From the NCBI GenBank assembly GCA_008690995.1, contig VRMN01000005.1:930001-994000 (forward strand): a DNA stretch of 64,000 nucleotides, given 5' to 3'. Under the pieces are notes generated by a model, which did no database searches, was not told the DNA's origin, and saw only the letters and a list, made by a program, of their open reading frames with translations. A program made the position numbers and the translations under genes. Source of the DNA: Porphyridium purpureum (Eukaryota). Each line of letters opens with the position of its first letter. Within the stretch, counting starts at the first letter, position 1. Shown here one piece after another: positions 42,346 through 53,627 of the stretch.

Positions 42346-44572
42346 AAACGACCCTGACGCTAATACTAGCAACGACTATGACGCCAAGACGTGTGCGTGC
42401 TGCCAAAGTGAGCACATGCTGTGAGTCTGATTTGCCCATGGAGCATAACTATGAGCAGGCGAGAAAAGTGCTAAACATGGCTCGTAGTCCGCACAAGTCG
42501 CCAATCGGCCTCCGTGCCCGGTGCACCGCGCAGGCTCTCTGCCTTTGCCGGAGATTCGTTCAAGCAAACGAATGGAGCACCGTTTACTTCTATCCCTTAA
42601 GCCAAAAACCTCTGCCTCGATCTCTCTTGAGGATGGGGTGGGTTGTCGAATTCCAACAAGGCAATGGTACAATCGTAGCTTGCAGGCCAAGACGCAGGAA
42701 CTGAGGAATCGCTCGCCACGCAGAGGGCGCCTGTTGATATGCTGAAAAGGTAAAGTATGTACACCAAGAATGCGCGACTGCTGTGACCACATGACCACAC
42801 GCCAAGCGCTGAAAGTGCAGCGGTGGCGATCGCCAGAGGCCAGCAGAGACAACAGCATAGTGGTTTTAAGGGCACAGGGTTGGAGACGGCTCAGAGTGCA
42901 GCGCGCATGACGCGCGTCAAGTACCCATTGGGTCCGCCGGGAGTTAAGGTGGTAGAGGATTGTTTGGAAGCACTAGCCCTGACCTGGACGACATCCAAGC
43001 GGAAGTGTTCGTGAGGCGAGGCGGTATACTGCTAGGCAGTTTTGTGGACGTGCGTGTCGGCGACGAGTCAGAGGTGGAGGCGGTAAAAGTTGTCAAGATG
43101 CGGCGTCCGGACAACGAGCTCGAATTCGAGCAGAGGTGGAACGCAGCACTCGAACTTTGTTTGGACAAGCTGAGGCAGAGTCTCGATACCACTTCACGCG
43201 ATGCTTTCTTCTCCATGGCCACACGCGCACAGAAAAGCAAGTTTGGCTTTTCAGCGCCGCCGTTTTCGAGCCAAGGTTATTTCAAGAAAACTGTGGCCAC
43301 GCCGGCGTCGCCTTTCGACACACGTGTGTCCATTGTCATGCCGTTGCCGAAAACGCATGGCTCGGACTCCCCACAAGACGGCAATGGTCCTGATTGACCT
43401 ACGTTCGGGGCTCACTTGACCAAAGAGTCAAGCCAGCCTTCAGTTTCTAGCCCCGTAGCCGGGTCTCCGGTCCAGGCGTCAGTGCACTACACGCTGTAAC
43501 CTTTGCTTTGGAATGCTGTGGGTCGCTGACATGCCAAGTAGCTTGCGGCTGCGAGATTACGGCGAAGAAGAGAAGGTGATGCTTGACCCAGATAGATTAC
43601 ACGCACGCCGTCTTTGGGGATCAAACTGGCAAGAAGACGTGCTTACAAAGCGACACGTACATAGCCATACCTGCTTAAGCCGGTGGCCTATGAAAGTTTG
43701 TCAGACAAATTTGTTGATTCTGATTTGACAGATATTACGGCCGTACTCGAGTGTGATTATAAGATCGCTCCATATGCTTATTTGTACACCGTTCGTTAAG
43801 TTTGTGCTGCAGGAAAGCAACGCGAGGAAGGCGTAGGTGAGGAGTCGTGTGGGAGTTTAATGTCGTCGGCTCGTGCGCTTCCGGAAATAGCTACAGAGAC
43901 CGGGGAGCGAGATGCGACATAAAACAAGGACAGTAACCCAGATGTGGCGCATCCGGAGCGCACGGAAGCGTGCAAGATGAAACCTGTGCCGCGTGGGTGC
44001 AGCAATTTGCAGGTGTTCCCATTTGCATTTTTCTCGAAGCTGCGGAGGTTGATACGGAGTAATCCTTGGATGACTCTCTGGACGGCCGATCCACGGAATG
44101 TGGAAAGATGGGCGGCACTGGGACCGTCCTGCGTGCTTATGAGCCTGAGGTCGATGAAGTGATTCTGACTGACGTTGAAAAAGGAGGGCGGCTCGGTGAG
44201 CTAGGAAGGCGAACCGCTGCTTTCTGTCGAAGTGACTCCCTATTCTTCCATGTGACCCGGCCAGGGCGCCAAGAGTGGCAGTTGAATCAGAGTCAGCCGG
44301 TACTATCGTCGCTCCTGACATACCGACTGCCGCCGCTACCTTGACTTCTGAATCGAGCCCCCTTCACGGGCTTCTGGTCGACTCCGCCTAAAGCCATGAC
44401 TGGTGAAGAGAATGAGTTTGCCGACGTGGGAGGAAGCACACCGGCATCTGAAAAAGGACGGCACTACGGTAGCACTGGAGACGGCAAGAGCGTCACCTTT
44501 ACAGACGCTATTGAGAAGCGCACATGTCGTTATGGGTACCTAGATGGGTGAAGAGAGTGCGGTTCTCGCGGC

Positions 44573-45230
44573 TTACATTGTGCGGCCGGCAGGTGAGGCG
44601 TACGACGACGTGACTCCCGAGGCATCTTCTTGCGGGCAGATCGCGGTGAAAGAGACGGCACGTCGGGCATGATCTGAAGAACTGTAATCGGAGTTTCGTT
44701 CGAGGGCGCCTTGTTTAAGAGCTTGAGCTACAGGCTCCTGCGTGTTCGTATCCCCTAAGATATAATTCGCTGCCTTGTGTCCCAGCAGCGGGCTCATCAG
44801 TGACAGCTCTTCGTGTTGCGTAATTGCAACCCTCCTTGAAAGGTTCCAAGCGCACGTTTACAAGAAGTACACGCTCCTCTAGATTCAATTGCAACGCAAG
44901 CCCAAACCCATATTCGAAGCCTGCTTGCTCTGGAAGCTGCAGCTTGACGAACTGATCGGACGGCCCAACGAGAGCCTCTTCGGACTCCATTCGAATACAT
45001 GTCACATTGTGCGCATGATGACTAACAACTGATGCGTCTCCTGCGCGATACTTGTCCACATGGCATCCAGCTCCGCCATTCGGAACCTCTTGCAGGTTTA
45101 CACAGTCTGCCGGATGCGCATGTATGAGTGTAGCAAGGTGTGCATTAGAGTCAGCAGCGTTCCATCCCAGTGGTGTTTGTGCAGACCGCTGGAACCCGGC
45201 CACGTTGTACGATAGCATGCGCAGATTGAG
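44573..45230 (-). pseudogene. Endonuclease/exonuclease/phosphatase (EEP, TDP2-like) pseudogene
   Basis: LSYNV, DCVNLQEV and LLVNVRLEP (His lost) are in one frame; ILGDTN is in another, indicating a frameshift near 44800. The C-terminus is decayed. Confidence 0.7.
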
Positions 45231-46320
45231 GAGCCCTCTGGTGTGCTCCGCTTGCGCTCTGAGAAGCTAGCGGATTGGCGGCGTTTGTTTGGCACCTTTC
45301 GAATCACTCGCGCGACACCCAGATCTCCTCTCGGCATCACGACCAGTGACAGACTCGCAGAACGATAATTGTGAAGTCATAAACACGGGCGCTGCGGTAA
45401 CGTGTCAAGCGCGACCCAGCAAGCCGTTTTTCGCGTTCGGAGCTCTAGCTGCACGGATGCGTCGAGGGGAATTACCGCCAGTCCGCAACACAGATTTCAG
45501 GGTCGCTGTGACACCGAAAGCGGACGTATACCTAGCACCCGCGTGAGCATCCAGAGATATGCAGCCACAGCCCCATGACAGCCCAAGCGCGCCAAGCACA
45601 CGCTCCCCAATTCAAGGCACCAAAGCTGTGCGCTGCAAAGATCTGCGCACAGTGTTAAACAGCGCGAGTCCGTGCATTAAATAAGATCTGACGTATAGCG
45701 TTCTGTGATTGAAGTGTACTCAACTTCCAACGGATTAACTATTCTTCTTTCTTCAATTCACACGGCCGCTCGCGACCTGTCAAAACGGCGCCGTTCAACT
45801 ACACCCGTGCTTGCTCATTTCACGCGCGCAGACTGGCGACGCGCTGTACCTCGCTGCCCGAAAATCGCGAAACGGCGCTGCTGTGATAAATTTCAGACGA
45901 AGTCCCCTCGAAACACGCGGCGCCGCGAAGAATAGGCACTTTGCGTGCGTGCAGAAAGCGCGCCGTTGCGACCTGCTTTGGAAGAGAGAAAAACGCAGGA
46001 GGGAATAAAATTTGCTTTCGATTACATATCAGGAATGAGCAAGTGACTAGTGAGACGCGCAGCTGTTTTTCCGGACAGCGTGTCGCCTGTCACGCAAGCT
46101 GTGGATTTGTGAGGTATCTCTCGTGGCACAGAACTGTGATTCTGTCTGCGTGGGCTATCTTGCATCCGCATTGACGGACACATCGGGACGCGCACATATC
46201 CAAATCAAGGCAGCGATGAATATATAAAGTCCTCGCCGGCCGCGTCGGCGTGTTCACGTCTAAGTGCTGGTGAATGGCATAGGTGGGTCGAAAGAGGGGG
46301 AGAGCAGATCGCCGCAGAGG

Positions 46321-49300
46321 ATGGTGGGCACTAAAGGAAGGATGTATGTGGCTTGGCTGGCGTTGCTGTTTGTGGTGGGTGCGACGTGCGTGGCAGCAGT
46401 TCCATCGGTAGCCATTGACCGCAGTATTCTGGGCGTGCAGAGGGCGGAAGAGTGTTCTTCGACAAATGAGCTCCGGAGGAACGCGCCGCAGTGCAATGAT
46501 AAGGATGTGGTGTTCTCGAGCTCCACGGGCTGGGCACCGTCGGCCGGCGGGTGTGCGAGCTCGGCCGTGACGCGCGTGGAGGTGCCCGGGCTCGTGCAGG
46601 TCGACTATCCCGCGGGATGCGCGATGACCGTGAAGGCGGATGTGGGCGTCTCGGGCACTAACCAGTGCGAGGGCTTTTTGATGGTACTTGAAGCATTCCT
46701 TGAGCAGCAAGTGCCATTCTTGGCTCGAGTGAAAGATCTAGGTCTCGTGGATATTACGACGGACTTGTTGCAAGGCCCAGAGGATGTACTTCTCGGCCGC
46801 GAGCTGCGAGCGAGGGGTGACGGTGCGTCAAATTGCGACAAGCTTCCACTGGATGACGACGAAGTGTATTACTTTGCTGACCTGACATTTACCAATGAGC
46901 TGCAGCTGGATTTCCCAGTGCTCGAAAAACTTCCGCCAGTCGTGCGCAATCTCGTGGATGCGCAGAACAGTGGGGGAAGCGTGGGCGAGGTTATTCCTGG
47001 CGAAGCAACCGAATTCGCGGGAGAGCGCGTCTGTATTGCAACGTCGGTGTGCGGAGGATGGGATGACGGCTTTGCGTTACACATTGATCGACAAGGCAAA
47101 ATTGCAGAGGTTTTGACGATCCCACTTTTTCCGCCTTTCCTCACCTTCAAGCCGCTCGGAATCGCGTACTCGTTTAAAGGCCGCTTTGGACAAGAGTCGG
47201 AAACAAGGTACTGGTCAGGACGCTCCAATTTCGTGGTTTTGCTTCCGAACGTCAATTTTTGGATTCGTGGACGCATCCTAGGCGGTTTAGAGTTCTTCGA
47301 CGACAGTCAGTCGGGTTTTACGGTTGGTGCGGAATTAATGGTCGAATTGGCTTTGGACCGTGAGAGTCTTTTGGCGGAAACCGTGGAAGGAACAAGCATG
47401 ACCATTACCACGTACCGTGGTGGAGATGAAGTGTACAAGTTCGAGCTGCCCAGTCCAAAGAGCGGCATTTTCTTGCGGCACACTGAGCCAGCACAAGATG
47501 AGTGCAGCCCGCGGGGCGTGTTTGCAACATTGGATTCTGGAGGGTTTAATTTCAAGATGGGCGGCTCCGGAGGCGTGCTTAAAGACATGCTGGGAGACCA
47601 GACGCTGGCAGTCACGCAGGATTTTGCCGTGCTTTGGGACGATAGGAACCTGAGGGCGTTTTCCTGGAGACTGTCGCTCACGTGCAAGATATTCAATGCG
47701 CTCGACATTAATGGTAATATCTTATTGGAAATTCTCAATCCGGACGAGATCCAGTTGCGTACCTCAAGCGATTTGAGTGGGTGTGGCACTTCGCCTGCGT
47801 TAGAAGGTTACGATGATCCGTTCAAGCAGAAGATTGCGGCGGCATTCGGCTCAACAGGCGCAATCTTGTTCAGCGTTGGCACTACTGACACATGCCTTGA
47901 CCTGAAAGCGCTATCACTTTTATCTTTGAAGGTGGAAAGTTGCGGTTTCTTCTATGCAATTGGATTTGGTGGTGACTTTTTGACGCGCATTGCGGCGCGC
48001 ATAACGGTTGCCAGCCTGGCGAGCGTGGCGGGGGTTCTGGAGTTGGGCTTCGGTGCTCAGAGTGGCCGTGTGAGCGGTTCGGTTGACCTCGCCGTCATCG
48101 TTCTGGGCTTGCCTGCCACAGCTGAAATATCTGTGGATGGTCAATTGACTGATCCGTGGACGGCTTGGAACTGGCAGATCAATATGCCGAATATTCCTTT
48201 GAAGAAGCTTGTGCCAGAAGAAATCGTCGATGCCGTGGATCGGGCTGGCGAATCAGTGAAGGAGGAGAAGGACAACCTTTTTAATTATCTTGCTGACAGA
48301 GAGGAGTCCTTCCGGAAAGGTGCGGAGGCCTTTGTAGGCGCAATCGGTGAAATTGCTGAGTGTTCAGTGGAGCTTGTGGAATCCTTTTTTGAATTACGTC
48401 AGCCGCAATGCAATCTCGACAACTTTGAGAGCCTGTGGAAGCAACTCTTTGAGGTGAATCCTGAGAATCTCGAAGCATACTTTGCAGACAAGTTCAAGTC
48501 AGTCCTCAAGACGGGTTGTGAGTGGGTAAAGAATTTGATCCCGAGTTCTCGCGAAATACTCTCCCCTCCCGTGGAGATTGGACGGGATGAGTTTGGATGT
48601 CGACAATGGGAAGTGTATGAGTATGTTGATACGTGCGACAAGTTCCTGGCCATTTTAAGCGGAGGACTGTCTTGCCTTTATAGGGGGAAACCGTGCAAGG
48701 AGGTGATTCGGATTGATAAGGATCCCGCATGCGGTGAAGACCATGCACTAAAATACAAGAACGCGGAAGACATGTACGAGCAAATGAAGGACGCCCAGTT
48801 GAATTTGGCAAGTTTCGAAGCGACGGCGGCCAAGGACTTGGAATTTTTCGGTCTGTCTCCAGAAGAAAAGCTAAAGATTATCGAGGAAAACACAGATTGT
48901 GAGTACACAAGTGCAAAAGTCGGTGCCAACAATCAGATTACAGTGCAAGTGGAGTGCAAGACGGTCAGATTTATTTCCAGGACCGAGCTTGTCGAAGTTT
49001 CTTTCTCACGAACAGACATAGTGGACGCGACAAATGATGCAACGCTGCGGGCTTCGGAAGAGCGCATCGTGACCAAAACCAACATGGAGGCGGCGGCCAA
49101 ATTCAGCGGGGAGTTTTACAACCCAGTTCCGCCGTTGGAAGAACCGCGGGAGAAAGTGCAGCCTGTTCTGGAGCGACCGCGAGATATCGAGGTGCCGTGT
49201 ACCAGTTCGCTTGCGCGAGTGACAACGCGCGTGGCTGTGGTTGATGTGGAATGCCAAGGCGGCAATCCGATCGGTGCCACAGATGAACTCCTCGAAGATG

Positions 49301-50496
49301 ATGGCTGCGGAGAAGAGAAGATCAGGCGCACATTCAGGTACACGGATGCGTGCGGGCAGGTAGCGGACCCGGTGCAAATGATTATCACCAAGAAAGCCGT
49401 GGGAGTGTCTGCACCAGAACGTATCGCTCCACAAATGTTTGCTTGTGAAGAGCCAGTGGCTGATGGGTACAATGCGCCGGCGACAATATTTGACCTCAAT
49501 TCGGTGAACGCACCATGCTCGGATGATCTAAGTGTGTCATATTCCGACTCGGATATTCGATTTGTTTGCTCTGGACAAGGGATCAAGGGTTGGAACGTAC
49601 CGCGCTTGTACACCATCGAGGATGAGTGCGACCAAACAGATACGACTAATCAGCTTGTGGTTCGCACAGACTACGATGAGCCTGAGTGGGTGAGCGTACC
49701 GAAAATTCAAATTGTGTCGTGTCGAGCTGATATAAGCACCGCGTCGCTCGGGCTGCCGATGGCGGAAGACAACTGCGATCCTTTGGAGGTCACGGCATCC
49801 TTGCTCACGTACAATGATGACGATCGTATGCAGCCGCCTTGTCCGATTGGATTTTACCGGGCGTTTGAAGTGGCTGATCGCGTGTGTAACGCAAATCAGG
49901 CGGTGCAGCGCATTGAAGCGTTCCGGTTCGAGTTCCGTCGTGATGTGATCAGCGCCAAGGCACCTAAGGCGAGTGATGTGCACCAAAGGTATCCGCAAGC
50001 TTTCTACGATGCAACCTCGCTCCTGCCAACGTTTACGGTAGAAAAAATCAAGAAGGGCAAGCCGAGCCTGCAGATCTTCCGCCTCGAAGGTGTGTATGAT
50101 GCGGTTTTGAACGAACCGAGCATGACATGCAACTTTACGTTCGAAGGACTAACGTCGGCGGAGCAGGAGCAGCAGGCATTGAGTGTGGACTTTTTGAACG
50201 TGGATGACAATGTTGATTTGGGCGTGGCGGGTCTTGGAGATGGAGTGGGTCGGTGGGACGCGCTACCGTACGAAGGCATCAGCTGGCCGGATGCACTTCA
50301 GTTGATTGGAGAAGGTGGACGGACGTATTTGCGCGTCAAGCTCTTCCCCGCCGAGTTCGCCGTGCTGCACGAGTATATCGGTCAGTACTCATATGATCGC
50401 GGCGGCATGATGGTGCGTGCCCCAACCATTTGTGTCTCGCAAGCAAACGTCACTTACGAAGACTACATTGCGTTCACCCTGGTGACGGTGCTCTAG
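46321..50496 (+). CDS. Large secreted protein with three Cys-containing HYR-like repeats
   Basis: Signal peptide MYVAWLALLFVVGATCVAA (ATG 46321 or 46342). Repeats include C..IRRTFRYTDACGQ, C..VPRLYTIEDECDQ..Q.V..D..EP and AEDNC..C..YRAFEVAD. A TATATAAA lies at about 46220. Confidence 0.8.
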   Translation: MVGTKGRMYVAWLALLFVVGATCVAAVPSVAIDRSILGVQRAEECSSTNELRRNAPQCNDKDVVFSSSTGWAPSAGGCASSAVTRVEVPGLVQVDYPAGCAMTVKADVGVSGTNQCEGFLMVLEAFLEQQVPFLARVKDLGLVDITTDLLQGPEDVLLGRELRARGDGASNCDKLPLDDDEVYYFADLTFTNELQLDFPVLEKLPPVVRNLVDAQNSGGSVGEVIPGEATEFAGERVCIATSVCGGWDDGFALHIDRQGKIAEVLTIPLFPPFLTFKPLGIAYSFKGRFGQESETRYWSGRSNFVVLLPNVNFWIRGRILGGLEFFDDSQSGFTVGAELMVELALDRESLLAETVEGTSMTITTYRGGDEVYKFELPSPKSGIFLRHTEPAQDECSPRGVFATLDSGGFNFKMGGSGGVLKDMLGDQTLAVTQDFAVLWDDRNLRAFSWRLSLTCKIFNALDINGNILLEILNPDEIQLRTSSDLSGCGTSPALEGYDDPFKQKIAAAFGSTGAILFSVGTTDTCLDLKALSLLSLKVESCGFFYAIGFGGDFLTRIAARITVASLASVAGVLELGFGAQSGRVSGSVDLAVIVLGLPATAEISVDGQLTDPWTAWNWQINMPNIPLKKLVPEEIVDAVDRAGESVKEEKDNLFNYLADREESFRKGAEAFVGAIGEIAECSVELVESFFELRQPQCNLDNFESLWKQLFEVNPENLEAYFADKFKSVLKTGCEWVKNLIPSSREILSPPVEIGRDEFGCRQWEVYEYVDTCDKFLAILSGGLSCLYRGKPCKEVIRIDKDPACGEDHALKYKNAEDMYEQMKDAQLNLASFEATAAKDLEFFGLSPEEKLKIIEENTDCEYTSAKVGANNQITVQVECKTVRFISRTELVEVSFSRTDIVDATNDATLRASEERIVTKTNMEAAAKFSGEFYNPVPPLEEPREKVQPVLERPRDIEVPCTSSLARVTTRVAVVDVECQGGNPIGATDELLEDDGCGEEKIRRTFRYTDACGQVADPVQMIITKKAVGVSAPERIAPQMFACEEPVADGYNAPATIFDLNSVNAPCSDDLSVSYSDSDIRFVCSGQGIKGWNVPRLYTIEDECDQTDTTNQLVVRTDYDEPEWVSVPKIQIVSCRADISTASLGLPMAEDNCDPLEVTASLLTYNDDDRMQPPCPIGFYRAFEVADRVCNANQAVQRIEAFRFEFRRDVISAKAPKASDVHQRYPQAFYDATSLLPTFTVEKIKKGKPSLQIFRLEGVYDAVLNEPSMTCNFTFEGLTSAEQEQQALSVDFLNVDDNVDLGVAGLGDGVGRWDALPYEGISWPDALQLIGEGGRTYLRVKLFPAEFAVLHEYIGQYSYDRGGMMVRAPTICVSQANVTYEDYIAFTLVTVL

Positions 50497-51199
50497 GCGG
50501 GATGGTTTGCAGAGCCATCCAGTCGCTGTCCAGCATGGTTTGGTTTATAAGAAGTATGAGATTTTTGGAGCTTGAAACTGTGTGTGTTTTTTGCAGCACT
50601 TTATTATGCAGTCCCAGTTCGGTACTCCGCACCCGCGCTCTGGGATGAGCCGAAATGGGATGTCCAAGTGCTTTTGTCTTGCTGACATCTAGCGTCGTGT
50701 TTTTTCGTCCTTTTTTTTTTTTCCTGCTGGTAAAATATAAAACTTGCGTGACTTTAAAGCGAGGATGTCTCGCCTCGTGCACTTATATCGTAGACAGGCG
50801 CCGAATCTTTTCCTCTAGCCATCTGGCAGCGGATATCTACGTATAATAATGCATCAATTTGAAGAGCGAGCTCAACGCGTTACCAGCTATGGCCAAGCGC
50901 TAAGCGCGTCCGGTTCTGGCTGGGCGGCGTCCAAGGGTAGCGATCTGCGGATGGCGCATCCGGGCGCGTGTATTCTAGAGCGGTCGTCCCCGTAGCTTGT
51001 GCGCGCCGTTCATTTATCAGTGTGGACGTCGGGGGCACGCTTTGAGCTCGGCCTGCCCGCATCGGGTCGTGCAATCGAAAGAAGAAAGGCGCTTACGATC
51101 CTGAGCGAGACTGTGCTGCGCCTTGTTCAGCAAAGCTTTTTGTAGCTTAGCTTGGAGCAGGAGAATGACCATCAGACCAGGCGTCAGTACAGCGCGCTG

Positions 51200-52457
51200 G
51201 CCGCGCATGAGCATGTGATCTGTGCGGAAGATCAAGCCGCCCTGCGAGGCATGCTGGAACCGGCTGGCCTGGTGGCTTTCGTTCCAGATGGCGCCATCTT
51301 GCTGCGACTGCATGGAGCGAGTGAGCTTCCGATGCCTTCAGCGTCTGCGCTCCCGTTTTCCTCGCCAGACGCGCTGCGCGTCAGCATGACGCTGCCGAGC
51401 GGCAAGACGCTGACTGGTATGGGCATTCGAAAGGGAGTGAATCTTATTGTCGGAGGCGGCTTTCACGGAAAGTCGACACTCTTGCAGGCGATCGAGTTAG
51501 GCGTATATGACCATGTGCCCGGCGATGGGCGAGAGTTTGCCTCGTGCCTGGCTTTTGCGTCCAAAGGCACACTCAAGATGGTCGCGCGGTGACGACGCTC
51601 GACATCTCGCCGTTCATTTCAAAGCTGCCATTCGAGCGTGCCACAAATGGCTTTTCGACTGCCGACGCATCTGGCAGTACGAGCCAAGCGGCGAACATCA
51701 CCGAGGCGCTGGAAATGGGATGTGATCTGCTTATCTTTGATGAGGACACATACGCGACCAACTTTATGTATCTGGATGCGGTCATGTCGGCGCTCGTGGG
51801 CAAGCACAAAAAGCCAATCACGCCCTTTTTGGAACGTGTCCGCGTGCTCGACGAATAGCACGGGATCTCGAGCCTTTTGGTGGTGGGCAGCTGCGGTGCG
51901 TTCTTTGATGTTGCTGATACCATGATCGTGATGGAGACTGCTACAAAGCGTACGATGTCTCAGACGAAGCGAAAAGGATTTCGTGTACCCAAGGTCGCGG
52001 TGGCGCGCAGCAGGTGAGCACGGCCGTGCTGGACAATGACGCGGAGCTGTCGGCCTCGCTGGGTTCGGACAGGAAGATCCACTTGCGCTCGCTGGCACCC
52101 GCCGGCGGTAGCAAGGTGTATGTGCGTGACATGGGGCGAATCCAGTATGGCTCGGAGGAGTTTGCGATCAACCTTCGCGCGCTCGAGCAGCTCGTTGAAT
52201 TGGGACAGACGCGCTTGATTGCGGACGCCATGCACTATGTGGAGATGGTGAGCAAGCAGACCGCGCCGGTGCAAGACATGAAGAAGCTGGCTGTGCGTGT
52301 CGAGGCTGCGCTGGACGCGAAGGGTCTGGACGCCGTGGCTCCGAGCGGATGGAAAGGTATTGGCTACTACTCACGGCCGCGCCCCATCGAGCTCGCGGCC
52401 GCGATCAACCGGTGGCGGCTTTTGAAAGTGTCCATCGACGCGTCCGCGAAGGACTAG
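51200..52457 (+). pseudogene. ABC_ATPase (PF09818-type / MRB1590-like) pseudogene, 5'-truncated
   Basis: EDQAALR...GLVAFV, GMGIRKGVNLIVGGGFHGKSTLL, DHVPGDGREF, frameshift, DGR..DISPFI, STADASGSTSQAANI, DEDT.ATNFM, in-frame TAG at 51856, a second frameshift, then RPRPIELAAAINR. Confidence 0.88.
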
Positions 52458-53627
52458 ACTGTGCTTCGAAGCATGTGAATATGAAAGGCATTTGAAAAGG
52501 TGAGAGTGCAAGGGTCTCTACTTCCGCCACGCTGCTTGCATGTGGCAAACCAAGATGCACCATGTGTTCTTCGGGCTGACCACCGAGGACCTTACGCGAA
52601 ACGTGACTAGTGCCTCGTTTGGGACATGGTAGCCACCGCGCACGAGCGGTTCCGCTCGCGCCATGCGCACGTCGCCTGTCAAACCATCTTGTCGCTCACA
52701 AGTGTACCCCCTTCGCTAGCCCACCCCGATTTTCTACACGCGCGAATCCGCGCCGCGCTGGCACGGGTTACTCTAGGGTTACTCTGAAATCGCTTTACAT
52801 TATAAATCTAACTTTAAATTCTCGCACGCTTGATGATGACAAGCGCACGAGCTCGGATGACACAACCCTTCTCAGATGACCGAACCCCAGCAACACGACG
52901 CACACAGCACAGAGAACACAACCACACGACGCACACAACACAGACGACGAATACCCGGGGCGTGGAAAATCCAACGTATAGGGCCTCTACTATTGCCCTT
53001 CGCGTCGGCACAGACAGCACCGGTCTCGACAGGGGCAGGGTGTCGTAACGGACAAAGCCGCCGTCTGCCTTCGGTGCTCTTGGAGCACCGAAACCCCCCA
53101 GACACGATGTGCTGCTGGCTCTGCTACACAGGCTCAGCAAAAGGCCCCACGCCTTCCGACGACCACGCCCAGGCACCCGACACCAAAGAACAACTCTTCC
53201 TTTATTCTCTGTTTCCTGCTCCCTTGCCTCTACTTCTTCCGCTCTCTAGAAATCCGGGGAACCGCACGGGCCCGCGCCCATTATATACCCCGCCGTCCTT
53301 GCTGTCCTTGACGCGGAAGGGAGAAATTATTTCTCCCAAAAGGCTGGGCTTTCTTCCGTTCGTTCCACGGAACGAAGCCACAGCCAGCCACGTCAGCAAG
53401 CGGCTCAATGGGTGCTGGCCGGCCGCCAAGCGGCTCCTGCTTCCCTCGGACACGCGACTTCGGCTCCTCGGGGCGAAAGACAACAATGCACAAACCAGAG
53501 GTACAGGGTAAAAAACCACGCGGGCGAAAAAGCCCCTGTACCTCAAACAATTCCGAGACGCCGGGTTACTCTGGTTACGATTTTACTGTCGGATCCTTAA
53601 CCTAAAGATAATCGCAAATCTAATGCA

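Noticed and set aside
42400..44500. Additional decayed coding fragments (e.g. 42960-43397, 44066-44344)
   Set aside because: They look protein-like but cannot be assigned to any family by eye.
44573..45230. APE endonuclease of a LINE element
   Set aside because: There is no linked RT, the nearby retroelement uses a REL domain, and the motifs look like a cellular TDP2-like EEP.
52785..53550. Solo LTR
   Set aside because: It has a TATA box, but no convincing TG...CA inverted termini or 4-6 bp target duplication, and the adjacent RT is non-LTR.
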